The notes below the pieces were generated by a model that worked only from the letters and a program-made list of their open reading frames with translations, did no database searches and was not told the origin of the DNA. DNA of 20,000 nucleotides, taken from the NCBI GenBank assembly GCA_024276825.1, contig JAJRWI010000003.1, forward strand, positions 47,478 to 67,477, written 5' to 3'. A program made the position numbers and the translations under genes. Source of the stretch: an archaeon. Its GTDB lineage: Archaea; Asgardarchaeota; Thorarchaeia; Thorarchaeales; Thorarchaeaceae. Shown in pieces: positions 8,727 through 15,917 of the stretch; positions within the stretch are counted from its first letter, which is position 1, and each line of letters opens with the position of its first letter.

Positions 8727-9419
8727 CTAGAAGTTGTCAAGGCCCATCTGACCAGATCTCATCTCATCTTGAATTCTCTTTATTGATGCCCATGATTTTC
8801 GAACAAAACTAGGAAGTTCTCCTTCTTCGCTCAACAGTTGTCGTATGAAGGCGATGGACTTGGGGTCTGATGGATATCCGGAACCAAAGTCCCCGTAGCG
8901 GTCGTATAGGTCAGCGACTCTAGCATCACGTTCAACTTTTGCAATGATTGCAGCAGCTGATACCACAGGGTACCTGGCATCTGCCTTATGTTCGGATATG
9001 AATCGTGTTCCAAGGGAAGCAAGACCACTCTTCTCTGCCACCAGACGACCAAATCGTTCGGCATTAACATCGGCAGCATCCATGTATACCTCTTCTGGCT
9101 TGAGTTCCTTGACAATAAAGGCGAAGTTGATGGTTTCAATCTCGTTCATTGTGTACCCACTCTTCCTCAGAGCGTCAATCTCTGCTGCTGTTATTGTCTT
9201 AATCTCTATCCTTGCTGCCAGCCTTCGAATTGATTTGTCCAAGTTTCTACGGCGTTTGGGTGATAGTACTTTAGAGTCCCTAAGCCCTAAAGATTCCAAC
9301 CTCTTGATGTCCCCCTTCTCAAACAACACACCACAGATTATCATAGGACCAATCATGGGGCCCCTGCCAGCCTCATCAAGACCTGCAACTCCCCTGATCC
9401 TAGTGTTCTTGGAACTCAT
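8727..9419 (-). CDS. rnhB: Ribonuclease HII
   Basis: GVAGLDEAGRGPMIGPMIICGV, LRDSKVLSPKRR, YMDAADVN, ISEHKADARYPVVSAAAIIAKVERD, FGSGYPSDPKSIAFI. Confidence 0.97.
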   Translation of the reverse strand: MSSKNTRIRGVAGLDEAGRGPMIGPMIICGVLFEKGDIKRLESLGLRDSKVLSPKRRRNLDKSIRRLAARIEIKTITAAEIDALRKSGYTMNEIETINFAFIVKELKPEEVYMDAADVNAERFGRLVAEKSGLASLGTRFISEHKADARYPVVSAAAIIAKVERDARVADLYDRYGDFGSGYPSDPKSIAFIRQLLSEEGELPSFVRKSWASIKRIQDEMRSGQMGLDNF

Positions 9420-9557
9420 GGCTATAATAATATTGGCAGCTCCTTATTAACCAAGTCGAAACCTTCATATCGGAAAAATTAATGTGCACGTTAGGTTGCA
9501 AGGCCAGAAACACAGGCTTTGGGGACGTGGCCTAGTTGGCATGGCGACGGGCTCCAG

Positions 9558-9589
9558 ATCTTATGATTCACGGGGTCATATCAGTAGAG
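9558..9589 (+). other. Predicted tRNA intron 1 (position 37/38), 32 nt
   Basis: Located between G37 and A38. Relaxed BHB: CTCC (9552-9555) with GTAG (9584-9587), 3 of 4 pairs. Internal hairpin TATGA/TCATA. Confidence 0.8.
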
Positions 9590-9611
9590 ACTCGTCGATC
9601 GTGGGTTCGAG

Positions 9612-9640
9612 ACCCACTCACACTCCGTGATGGGTGAAAA
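9612..9640 (+). other. Predicted tRNA intron 2 (position 59/60, T-loop), 29 nt
   Basis: Canonical-looking BHB: T-stem, 4-bp helix TTCG/TGAA (9606-9609/9635-9638, last pair G.U), 3-nt bulges AGA (9610-9612) and AAT (9639-9641), inner helix CCCA/TGGG (9613-9616/9631-9634). Confidence 0.85.
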
Positions 9641-9751
9641 TCCCACCGTCCCCACCATTGCCTGCTACTATTTCTAGAGATGTTGCCTAATTGCTTATAT
9701 CACAAGTCCTTTTTTACTTCATGCCATCTATTATTTGGGAGATTTTCTTCA

Positions 9752-10603
9752 ATGAAAATGCGATCCCTTGCCCCTATGATATTAGTGATCATGACGCTCA
9801 TGCCAGTCCAAGTCATTCCAGTCTTGGCGTCCACATTGGGGGCAGAATTTCCACCTCAAGAGAATCTGCAGGTCTTTGAGATTGAATCATTCACTTACCG
9901 CATTGCAATCACAGCAGAGGATGGCACAGACCTGCTTCTAATCAGAGGGACCTATCAGGTGTATTATCACTATCAGCACCATCAACCTACAGTCAGCGAA
10001 CATCATTACTACATCCTGATTGGGTTTTATTTTGGAAGGACCATGTTGGGAAGACCGCTCCTCAGTAGTGTTGCTGCAAGTCGGATTGCATTCTATCCCC
10101 AATGGCAAGATGCCACTGGTGTCAGACATGACATGGTCCGAGAGCATCCGCTAATCATGGTTAATGATACAATCAGAGACCAGCAGATTATTGGGGCAAC
10201 AATGTTAATGGTCAAGTTTCCGGTTTCACGATACTTATCGGAGTTCGGAGGTCAATGGGAAATCAAGGACCTTAATCTCACCCTTGTCGATGGTAGAGAA
10301 GTTTCAATCTCCAGCATCAGGATTGGCCTTGTAAAACATAACAATGACAATCACCCAGTGATCTCCTTCTTTAACAGCTCTGATGACCTCACCTATTCTG
10401 CGGAGAATACAAGACTTGCCATCAGTCTAGCAGTGCCTGCTTCTGCTATAATGCTGCTCGACTCAGCAGTGTTCTATTCAAGCATTATTCTCCTCTCATC
10501 ATTTGCGGTCTCTGCCATAGTGAGAATCAGAAACAGAGTCAGGAGAGAGATGAATCCAAGTGATATATCCACAGTCCTGAATTCAGAATCATATTGGGGT
10601 TAG
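9752..10603 (+). CDS. Predicted exported, C-terminally membrane-anchored protein of unknown function
   Basis: Start MKMRSLAPMILVIMTLMPVQVIPVLAS looks like a signal peptide. About 220-aa ectodomain, then TM AVFYSSIILLSSFAVSAIV followed by RIRNRVRRE. Confidence 0.6.
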   Translation: MKMRSLAPMILVIMTLMPVQVIPVLASTLGAEFPPQENLQVFEIESFTYRIAITAEDGTDLLLIRGTYQVYYHYQHHQPTVSEHHYYILIGFYFGRTMLGRPLLSSVAASRIAFYPQWQDATGVRHDMVREHPLIMVNDTIRDQQIIGATMLMVKFPVSRYLSEFGGQWEIKDLNLTLVDGREVSISSIRIGLVKHNNDNHPVISFFNSSDDLTYSAENTRLAISLAVPASAIMLLDSAVFYSSIILLSSFAVSAIVRIRNRVRREMNPSDISTVLNSESYWG

Positions 10604-10634
10604 CAGATAATAATCTTCAGTGCTCTAGAGTAAT

Positions 10635-10643
10635 CTTTAATAA
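10635..10643 (+). promoter_or_regulatory. TATA-like box for the 5S rRNA gene
   Basis: CTTTAATAA centred about 30 bp upstream of the predicted 5S 5' end. Confidence 0.45.
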
Positions 10644-10668
10644 CAGATTCCGCCGACTTCACTCTTGA

Positions 10669-10784
10669 TGCCGGCCATAGGTGGCGGGGCTCACCCGATC
10701 TCGTTCCGATCTCGGAAGTTAAGCCCGCTACCGTTGTGGGAGATCTGCGGTGCGCGAGCCCGTGAGAGGCCCACAAGCTGGCAC
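10669..10784 (+). rRNA. rrf: 5S ribosomal RNA
   Basis: Terminal helix TGCCGGC (10669-10675) / GCTGGCA (10777-10783); conserved core GGGCTCACCCGATCTCGTTCCGATCTCGGAAGTTAAGCCC; helix GGTGGCGG...CCGCTACC. Confidence 0.93.
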
Positions 10785-10847
10785 ATTCTTGTTCTTGGTG
10801 CGAGAATTGTGATTGTATAAACAGCTAAGCTTAAAGGAGAAAGCACA

Positions 10848-11984
10848 ATGGGGGGAGTGATAGTGATGCAAGCAGTTCAGACGGACCCCTTTAGCTGGAT
10901 TATTAATTTGCTATTCTTTGCGTTTATCATAATCATTAGTCTATATGGCGCCAAGATACAGATGTGGCAGTGGCTCAAGCAGATAGAAGTGGGGCTACTA
11001 GAGTTAAAACAGATGTTCTTTGAGTCAAGACAGGTGGCAATTGACACTTTCAAGAGGTATGGGAAGGATGAAAAAGAGGTTGCAAAGGATTTAGACAGGT
11101 GGCTAGACTATTTCACGATCATGCCAGTTGATTTAGACCCGGCTGGAGTGCTAAAGCGCTTGGATCACCTTCTAGACAACCGCCGAAACCGCTTTCAGGA
11201 GTTTGTGAGTGATCTGGCACCGCAAGCAACAGAGAGTCAGGTGCAGTCCTTAGAGAACACGTTGGAAGTCACCCAAGTGCTCGGACTAATTTTTCGTATA
11301 GTTAGGCACTTTTACATTCTTGGAAAGAAGACTGGAAGTCAGATTCTGATCATGCAGATTCATATGCAGATGCCCGATATCATGAGGTTGGCAAAGGCAT
11401 ATTATGAGGCCTTGGACGCGTTCTCTGAGGAGAAGCCCATAGGCGATGGAATAGGGCCTTTGGTAGTGACCAAGTTTGCTCATGAGATGGGGGCAACTGC
11501 CAATGACTATGTTCATGAGGTGACCCGTGAGGTCGGATACTACAAGGTCAAATTTGAGAACAGGGATGTCTTTGTGCTTCGTGCAACTGGTCCTGGGGGT
11601 ACTGTTGGGAAGCCAGGCTTTGCAGTGAAGAAGATTGTAGAAGAGAACAATGGTCAGATATCTCGGATAATCACTGTGGATGCAGCCTTAAAACTCGAGG
11701 GGGAAGAATTAGGCAGGGTTTCAGAGGGCACAGGTGCTGCGATTGGAGATCCCGGTCCTGAGAAGTATGCCATCGAACAGACTGCCACAGACTTCAACAT
11801 TGGTATTGAGGCCATCGTCATAAAAGAGGATGAGGCAGCTGCTATTGGAGTTATGCCAAAGCAGGTGTTGGATGCCTTGCCCGAAGTGATAGAGAGGATA
11901 AAGGAGGCCATTCTCAAGAGGACCAAACCGGGAGAGAAGATAATCTTGGCGGGAATTGGCAACACCATAGGCATAGGACTCTGA
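10848..11984 (+). CDS. DUF1512-like archaeal protein with N-terminal TM helix
   Basis: N-terminal TM WIINLLFFAFIIIISLYGAKIQMWQWLKQIE and an archaeal conserved core (KPIGDGIGPLVVTKFAHEM, VFVLRATGPGGTVGKPGFAVKKI, RISRIITVDAALKLEGE). Family name recalled from memory. Confidence 0.7.
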   Translation: MGGVIVMQAVQTDPFSWIINLLFFAFIIIISLYGAKIQMWQWLKQIEVGLLELKQMFFESRQVAIDTFKRYGKDEKEVAKDLDRWLDYFTIMPVDLDPAGVLKRLDHLLDNRRNRFQEFVSDLAPQATESQVQSLENTLEVTQVLGLIFRIVRHFYILGKKTGSQILIMQIHMQMPDIMRLAKAYYEALDAFSEEKPIGDGIGPLVVTKFAHEMGATANDYVHEVTREVGYYKVKFENRDVFVLRATGPGGTVGKPGFAVKKIVEENNGQISRIITVDAALKLEGEELGRVSEGTGAAIGDPGPEKYAIEQTATDFNIGIEAIVIKEDEAAAIGVMPKQVLDALPEVIERIKEAILKRTKPGEKIILAGIGNTIGIGL

Positions 11985-11994
11985 GGTGAATAAT

Positions 11995-12366
11995 ATGGGA
12001 ATTGCAGGTAAGATAATTGGTGTAATAATGACTGGGACTGGGATGGTGTTGTTGACATTGGGCATGGATCCAAATATTGGTATTCTCTCGTGGGGATATT
12101 TCATCATCGGACTCTTCATGATGTCCCTTGGTATGGCATTGATCACTGGGGGCAAGTCACAACAGGTGAAAAAGCCAAAGCCCCCAACAATCACTGAAAT
12201 CAGGTGCGATAATACCGAGTGCACCTTCAAAGAACTCCGTGATTTCGAGCGTGGCGATTACATTCTAAAGCCCCTAGATGTGTCATGTCCAAGATGTGGA
12301 AGTACAATGACCATCCAAGGAATCTATATTGTCAGGGACGAGTCAGAAGAGAAGATCAAGATATGA
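11995..12366 (+). CDS. Small membrane protein: two TM segments plus C-terminal zinc ribbon
   Basis: Hydrophobic GIAGKIIGVIMTGTGMVLLTLG and LSWGYFIIGLFMMSLGMALITG, then C-x4-C...CPRCG (CDNTEC...VSCPRCG). ATG at 11995 follows GAGGTGA; the track start is 11986 (GTG). Confidence 0.7.
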   Translation: MGIAGKIIGVIMTGTGMVLLTLGMDPNIGILSWGYFIIGLFMMSLGMALITGGKSQQVKKPKPPTITEIRCDNTECTFKELRDFERGDYILKPLDVSCPRCGSTMTIQGIYIVRDESEEKIKI

Positions 12367-12372
12367 TTGGAC

Positions 12373-13272
12373 TCATCTCGTGAGAACGATGGGTCCTGTT
12401 TCACTGATGAATATTGTATCCTCAGACTGTGAAACAGGGCGTCCACTCCTCTCATATATGACTGGATGCCCTTTGATTACACGATAACGTAGCAACTCCC
12501 GGATTGTTGCAACTAGGTCTATGCTTTCCTCTTTTACACCAATCCATCGTAGGGCAAATGGGAGAGGGCCATATTTCTTCAGAAGATGCAACCTGAGCTT
12601 CTCAGCGACCCCTTTCAAGCCCCGGTCCAACCCGGTATTGGAGAACATGTAGATGTTTTTACTGTCTTGAATGTTTCTCCCTGTTGTGGCATATGGCTCG
12701 ATTGCATAATATTCGCCAGACTCGATTCTTCCGATGCCTCGCTTCTTCTCATTCGGGACTATTTTTCCAGCATACAGTTTGAACTGTTCAATGCTGTGAC
12801 CACTCATGTTCTTGACAGGGCGAAGACCATACGCCTTTATGACCTTCGCTATTCTTGAACCAATGTCACCAAGGTCCCTGCCAGGTGTCATCATTTCAAT
12901 TGCTTCTTGAAGTGCATCATCAGTGGCATCAATAAACCCGCTGATTGTGCCATCAATGTCCACTGTTCGAGCAGTGTCTGCAATATACCCATCCACATGT
13001 ACGCCTATGTCTATCTTTACAAGACCCCAATCGGGAATGACTGCCCTGTCCCTTGGGGGTGAGGTATAATGAGCAACCACTTCATTGAGGGACACACAGG
13101 CAGGGAACGCTGGGAGGCCACCATATTCGACAATCTTTTTCTCCGCAGTATTGCAGATCCGATATAGTTTTACTCCAGGCTTTATTTCTTGGACTATCTC
13201 CCTCATTACTCGCGCTGCAATGGCCCCCGCCCTTACACTCAGTGGATGTGGCTTTGAAGTCATATGCACCAA
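12373..13272 (-). CDS. map: Type II methionine aminopeptidase paralog 1 (with non-consensus active-site motif residues)
   Basis: AHYTSP, KIDIGVHVDGYIADTARTV, NMSGHSIEQFKLYAGKIVPN, GEYYAIEPYATTG, VSQSEDTIF motifs of MetAP-II. Confidence 0.9.
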   Translation of the reverse strand: MVHMTSKPHPLSVRAGAIAARVMREIVQEIKPGVKLYRICNTAEKKIVEYGGLPAFPACVSLNEVVAHYTSPPRDRAVIPDWGLVKIDIGVHVDGYIADTARTVDIDGTISGFIDATDDALQEAIEMMTPGRDLGDIGSRIAKVIKAYGLRPVKNMSGHSIEQFKLYAGKIVPNEKKRGIGRIESGEYYAIEPYATTGRNIQDSKNIYMFSNTGLDRGLKGVAEKLRLHLLKKYGPLPFALRWIGVKEESIDLVATIRELLRYRVIKGHPVIYERSGRPVSQSEDTIFISETGPIVLTR

Positions 13273-13333
13273 TGACTAATCATCAACAGCCCTCTTAAGA
13301 TGTTTCATCAGCGCGAGTGAGTTGAGCCGCAAA

Positions 13334-13491
13334 TTTCAGTGGTGGAAAAGTTGTGCAGACTTGTCATGTCAGTCAGAAGTGGAGTCATGGCAAAAAGAAT
13401 TGGCGCATTCACTTTCACTCTCAGAGGATGGGAACACATGGTCCTTGTTCGGACTGGTTCATCTTCCGATGATAAGTTTGAATAAGTTCAG
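13334..13491. repeat. Copy B of the diverged dispersed intergenic element
   Basis: ttcagtggtggaaaagttgtgcag...gtttgaataagttcag, aligned to 8525-8712 with a ~25-nt deletion relative to copy A. Confidence 0.8.
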
Positions 13492-13500
13492 TCCGTCGGA

Positions 13501-14397
13501 CTAGTCCATTCTGGTTGTGACTATAGCGCCCCTTTCGCCAACAAAAATTGAGTGTTCAGCTTGAGACACCAGCCCGTCTTTGCCCTCGAGAAGGACCGGA
13601 TATTGGTGTATTGCCCCTGCCCTAACAAGGTTGTGAATTGCAGCATCAATATTGGTCTTCCCATCGTACAGCCATCGAGATGCCCATGGCAGAGACCCAA
13701 ACTTGCGTCTGGCAGTGTTCCTGACCTGCATGGTAAGCCGATCCAACTTCTTCTTATTGGACATGTTGTTTGAGAAAATATAGGCCTCCCTCGAGTTTTT
13801 GATTGTGCCATTGCCATTGGTGGCAAAGGGCTCGATTGCAAATGTTTCTCCAAGCATCATCTTGTCAGACCTGCGGGTACCAATGTTAGGAACATTTTTC
13901 CCAGCATGTAGGTTCCATTGTTTCAGTTGATGTCCTGATAGTTGGTGTACAGGTTTAAGACCATGCCTTTTGATTGATCTTTCGATGACCTTTCCAATTT
14001 CACCAACTTGAACGCCCGGATATACTGCATCAATGGCTGCATCAAGAGCATCATTAGCTGCAATGATGTAGTTCTCCAGCGACCCATCGAGATCCACAGT
14101 TATCGCAGTATCAGAGATATGCCCGTTCACATGAGCGCCAATGTCCAGCTTGACAAGCCCCTTGTCTGGAAATACTCGTCTATCGCCATACGGACTGCTA
14201 TAATGCGCCGCCTCATTATTAATTGAAACATTGCAGGGAAATGCCAGTCGCCCCCCGTACTCGATTATTCTCTTTTCTGCTAAGGTGCAGATCTTTAAAA
14301 CTTTCACCCCGGGTCTGATGAGCTTAGAGACTTCTTTGATCACTCTTGCTGTAATTTTGCCTGCCTGAATGAAGTCAGGATGTGGCTGAACTGTCAT
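13501..14397 (-). CDS. map: Type II methionine aminopeptidase paralog 2
   Basis: AHYSSP, KLDIGAHVNGHISDTAITV, QLSGHQLKQWNLHAGKNVPN, GETFAIEPFATNG, VSQAEHSIFV. Start MTVQPHPDFIQAG at 14397 preferred over the track start 14439. Confidence 0.92.
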   Translation of the reverse strand: MTVQPHPDFIQAGKITARVIKEVSKLIRPGVKVLKICTLAEKRIIEYGGRLAFPCNVSINNEAAHYSSPYGDRRVFPDKGLVKLDIGAHVNGHISDTAITVDLDGSLENYIIAANDALDAAIDAVYPGVQVGEIGKVIERSIKRHGLKPVHQLSGHQLKQWNLHAGKNVPNIGTRRSDKMMLGETFAIEPFATNGNGTIKNSREAYIFSNNMSNKKKLDRLTMQVRNTARRKFGSLPWASRWLYDGKTNIDAAIHNLVRAGAIHQYPVLLEGKDGLVSQAEHSIFVGERGAIVTTRMD

Positions 14398-14480
14398 ATT
14401 ATCGCCACTACTGCAACAAACTGGAAGAGTCTTAAGCAATTCTGTCTGACTAATCGGTAAAGAAAGTAGGTGAGAATCTG

Positions 14481-15158
14481 ATGATGAAGATCACATATCT
14501 AGGTCACGCATCATTCAAGGTGGAGGCAGATGGAAAGACTATTTTTCTGGACCCTTGGCTCAATGGTCCCACATCCCCAATGAAAGTTGATGATGTGACT
14601 GCAGCAGACATCGTTCTAGTCACACATGACCACGGGGATCATGGTTATGCGGAGGGTGTAGAAATATGCAAAAAGACTGGTGCAACATTTGTTGCAATAA
14701 ATGAACTGGGGTTGAGAGCAAAGTCTGATGGTGTTGAGAATGTGCATACATTGAATATTGGGGGTAGTGTTCAGATTGGTGATATCAGCATCACCTTGGT
14801 GCATGCGTTTCACTCATGCGAGGCAGGATCCCCAACAGGATTCATTGTGAAACTTCCGGGCGGTACATTATATCATCCTGGCGACACGGGCATCTTCACA
14901 GACATGGCATTGTTTGGCGAACTGTATTCTATTGATGTGTTCTTTGCACCCATTGGAAGCTACTACACAATGGACATAACCCAAGCTGCCAAGGCAGTGG
15001 AACTCATCATGCCAAAGGTCACCATCCCAATGCACTATGGCACATTCCCTGTCATCTCAGCAAACCCCGAGGACTTTGCTAAGCTCGTGGCCAATATGGC
15101 ACCAAAAGTTTCTGTTGAAATATTGAGTCCGGGGAACTCGAAAGAAATCAATATCTGA
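14481..15158 (+). CDS. UPF0173-like metal-dependent hydrolase (metallo-beta-lactamase fold)
   Basis: MKITYLGHASFKVEADGKTIFLDPWLNG, VTHDHGDHGYAEG, VHAFHSCEAGSPTGFIV, YHPGDTGIF, IPMHYGTFP. Confidence 0.88.
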   Translation: MMKITYLGHASFKVEADGKTIFLDPWLNGPTSPMKVDDVTAADIVLVTHDHGDHGYAEGVEICKKTGATFVAINELGLRAKSDGVENVHTLNIGGSVQIGDISITLVHAFHSCEAGSPTGFIVKLPGGTLYHPGDTGIFTDMALFGELYSIDVFFAPIGSYYTMDITQAAKAVELIMPKVTIPMHYGTFPVISANPEDFAKLVANMAPKVSVEILSPGNSKEINI

Positions 15159-15176
15159 GCCATAAAGGTGGTAAAG

Positions 15177-15473
15177 CTGGGGAGTGTGGTCGATGCCTAT
15201 TCCCCAGCACACTAACCCTCAGCTTCATGGCATCAGACATTGCGTCTGGCTCTGCTGAGCCGCCTCGTGTAGGGAGTTATGGCACCGACCGACCCGCCAA
15301 TGTACGACACCATGGTGACACACCAGTCCTTGAGGGAACTCATCCTTCTCATGGTAGTCCGTTGTGGGTCGTTTAGTTTTTCGGCGGGCCCAGCCCAGAT
15401 GTCACCCATCCTTTGCGCAACACATCATTGTTACCTCAGTGCGCCCTCGTAGATGGGCATCTGTATTCTGGGT
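15177..15473. ncRNA. Candidate structured RNA of unknown class (strand unresolved)
   Basis: Multiple stems: GCTGGGGA/TCCCCAGC (15177-15184/15202-15209); CAGAC/GTCTG (15235-15239/15245-15249); GCTC/GAGC near 15250-15261; ACCATG/CATGGT (15310-15315/15351-15356); CCCGCC/GGCGGG (15294-15299/15384-15389); CCCAG..CAGATG(tca)CCCATC / GATGGGCATCTG..CTGGG (15390-15411/15453-15473). No ORF of track size. Confidence 0.4.
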
Positions 15474-15622
15474 GGTTAAAATATTGTAACTTGATGTTAT
15501 TAGCATTATCAATTAGTCTTACTGAACTTCACTATTTGAAGCAATGTAGCAAGCTGAAGGCAGTTCGTTCATTGGTATAACGACATCTTCAAATACTCAA
15601 TTATTGACCAAATAATCGTAAG

Positions 15623-15645
15623 CAGTCGAGATAACTCGACATGCA
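15623..15645. other. Hairpin GCA-GTCGAG-ATAA-CTCGAC-(A)-TGC
   Basis: Perfect 6-bp stem with a 4-nt loop, plus 3 more pairs across a single bulged A. Confidence 0.5.
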
Positions 15646-15693
15646 GTAAACGAAATTAGAATAATCATAATCATGACCGCGAGTATCGGCCGA

Positions 15694-15711
15694 GGACTGA
15701 TGTGAGTCCTT
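15694..15711. other. Hairpin AGGACT-GATGTG-AGTCCT
   Basis: Perfect 6-bp stem, 6-nt loop. Confidence 0.4.
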
Positions 15712-15739
15712 ATGAGGGGCGAAGCGCGCTATATGATGA

Positions 15740-15769
15740 TCATCACTCACTAAATCATCACTCACTAAA
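15740..15769 (+). repeat. Perfect 15-bp tandem duplication TCATCACTCACTAAA x2, abutting palindrome TGATGATCATCA (15734-15745)
   Basis: Read directly: tcatcactcactaaatcatcactcactaaa. Confidence 0.9.
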
Positions 15770-15917
15770 TCATCTTCATCACTTCATGAAAAAGGTCAGA
15801 AAAATGACTGAGAAGAGAAGGGAGTAATCATTACTGGATGATGGGCGGGGTGTGGGCTTCACCTCTGTCAGAGGCCTGTTATTTCGCGGTAATAGATACA
15901 CAGGAGACTATCGATGA

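Larger units (their letters stand above)
9521..9657 (+). tRNA. tRNA-Trp (anticodon CCA) with two predicted BHB introns; exons 9521-9557, 9590-9611, 9641-9657; 3' CCA encoded
   Basis: Spliced: GGGGACG TG GCCT AGTTGGCA TGGC G ACGGG CTCCAGA CTCGT CGATC GTGGG TTCGAGT CCCAC CGTCCCC A CCA (76 nt). The 7-bp acceptor stem is perfect, the anticodon stem has one G.U, and the T-stem is perfect with a 7-nt T-loop only after removing the second intron. Confidence 0.9.

Noticed and set aside
8944-9450. 168-aa plus-strand ORF opposite rnhB.
   Set aside because: Antisense shadow of a clear RNase HII gene with low-complexity Ser/Ala/Ile composition.
9601-9617. Apparent complete T-arm GTGGG-TTCGAGA-CCCAC suggesting a single-intron tRNA ending near 9625.
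   Set aside because: The sequence after it (TCACACTCC) cannot pair with the GGGGACG acceptor strand. Perfect CGTCCCC-A-CCA occurs only at 9647-9657, requiring a second intron.
11721-12230. 169-aa minus-strand ORF across the DUF1512-like and zinc-ribbon genes.
   Set aside because: It overlaps two better supported genes on the opposite strand and shows no family signature.
13322-13504. 60-aa ORF in the gap between the two map genes.
   Set aside because: It lies within repeat copy B, in a different frame from the best copy A/B alignment frame, and is not conserved between copies.
15691-15730. CTGATGTGAGTCC...GGGGCGAAGC resembles a hammerhead ribozyme core (CUGAUGA ... GAAA).
   Set aside because: The invariant CUGANGA is broken (CUGAUGU), GAAA is not present, stem II would be very weak, and no matching stem I/III with a cleavage triplet was found.
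15732-15816. Possible C/D box sRNA (ATGATGA ... CTGA).
   Set aside because: No convincing D'/C' boxes, and the interior is a simple tandem duplication rather than a plausible guide sequence.
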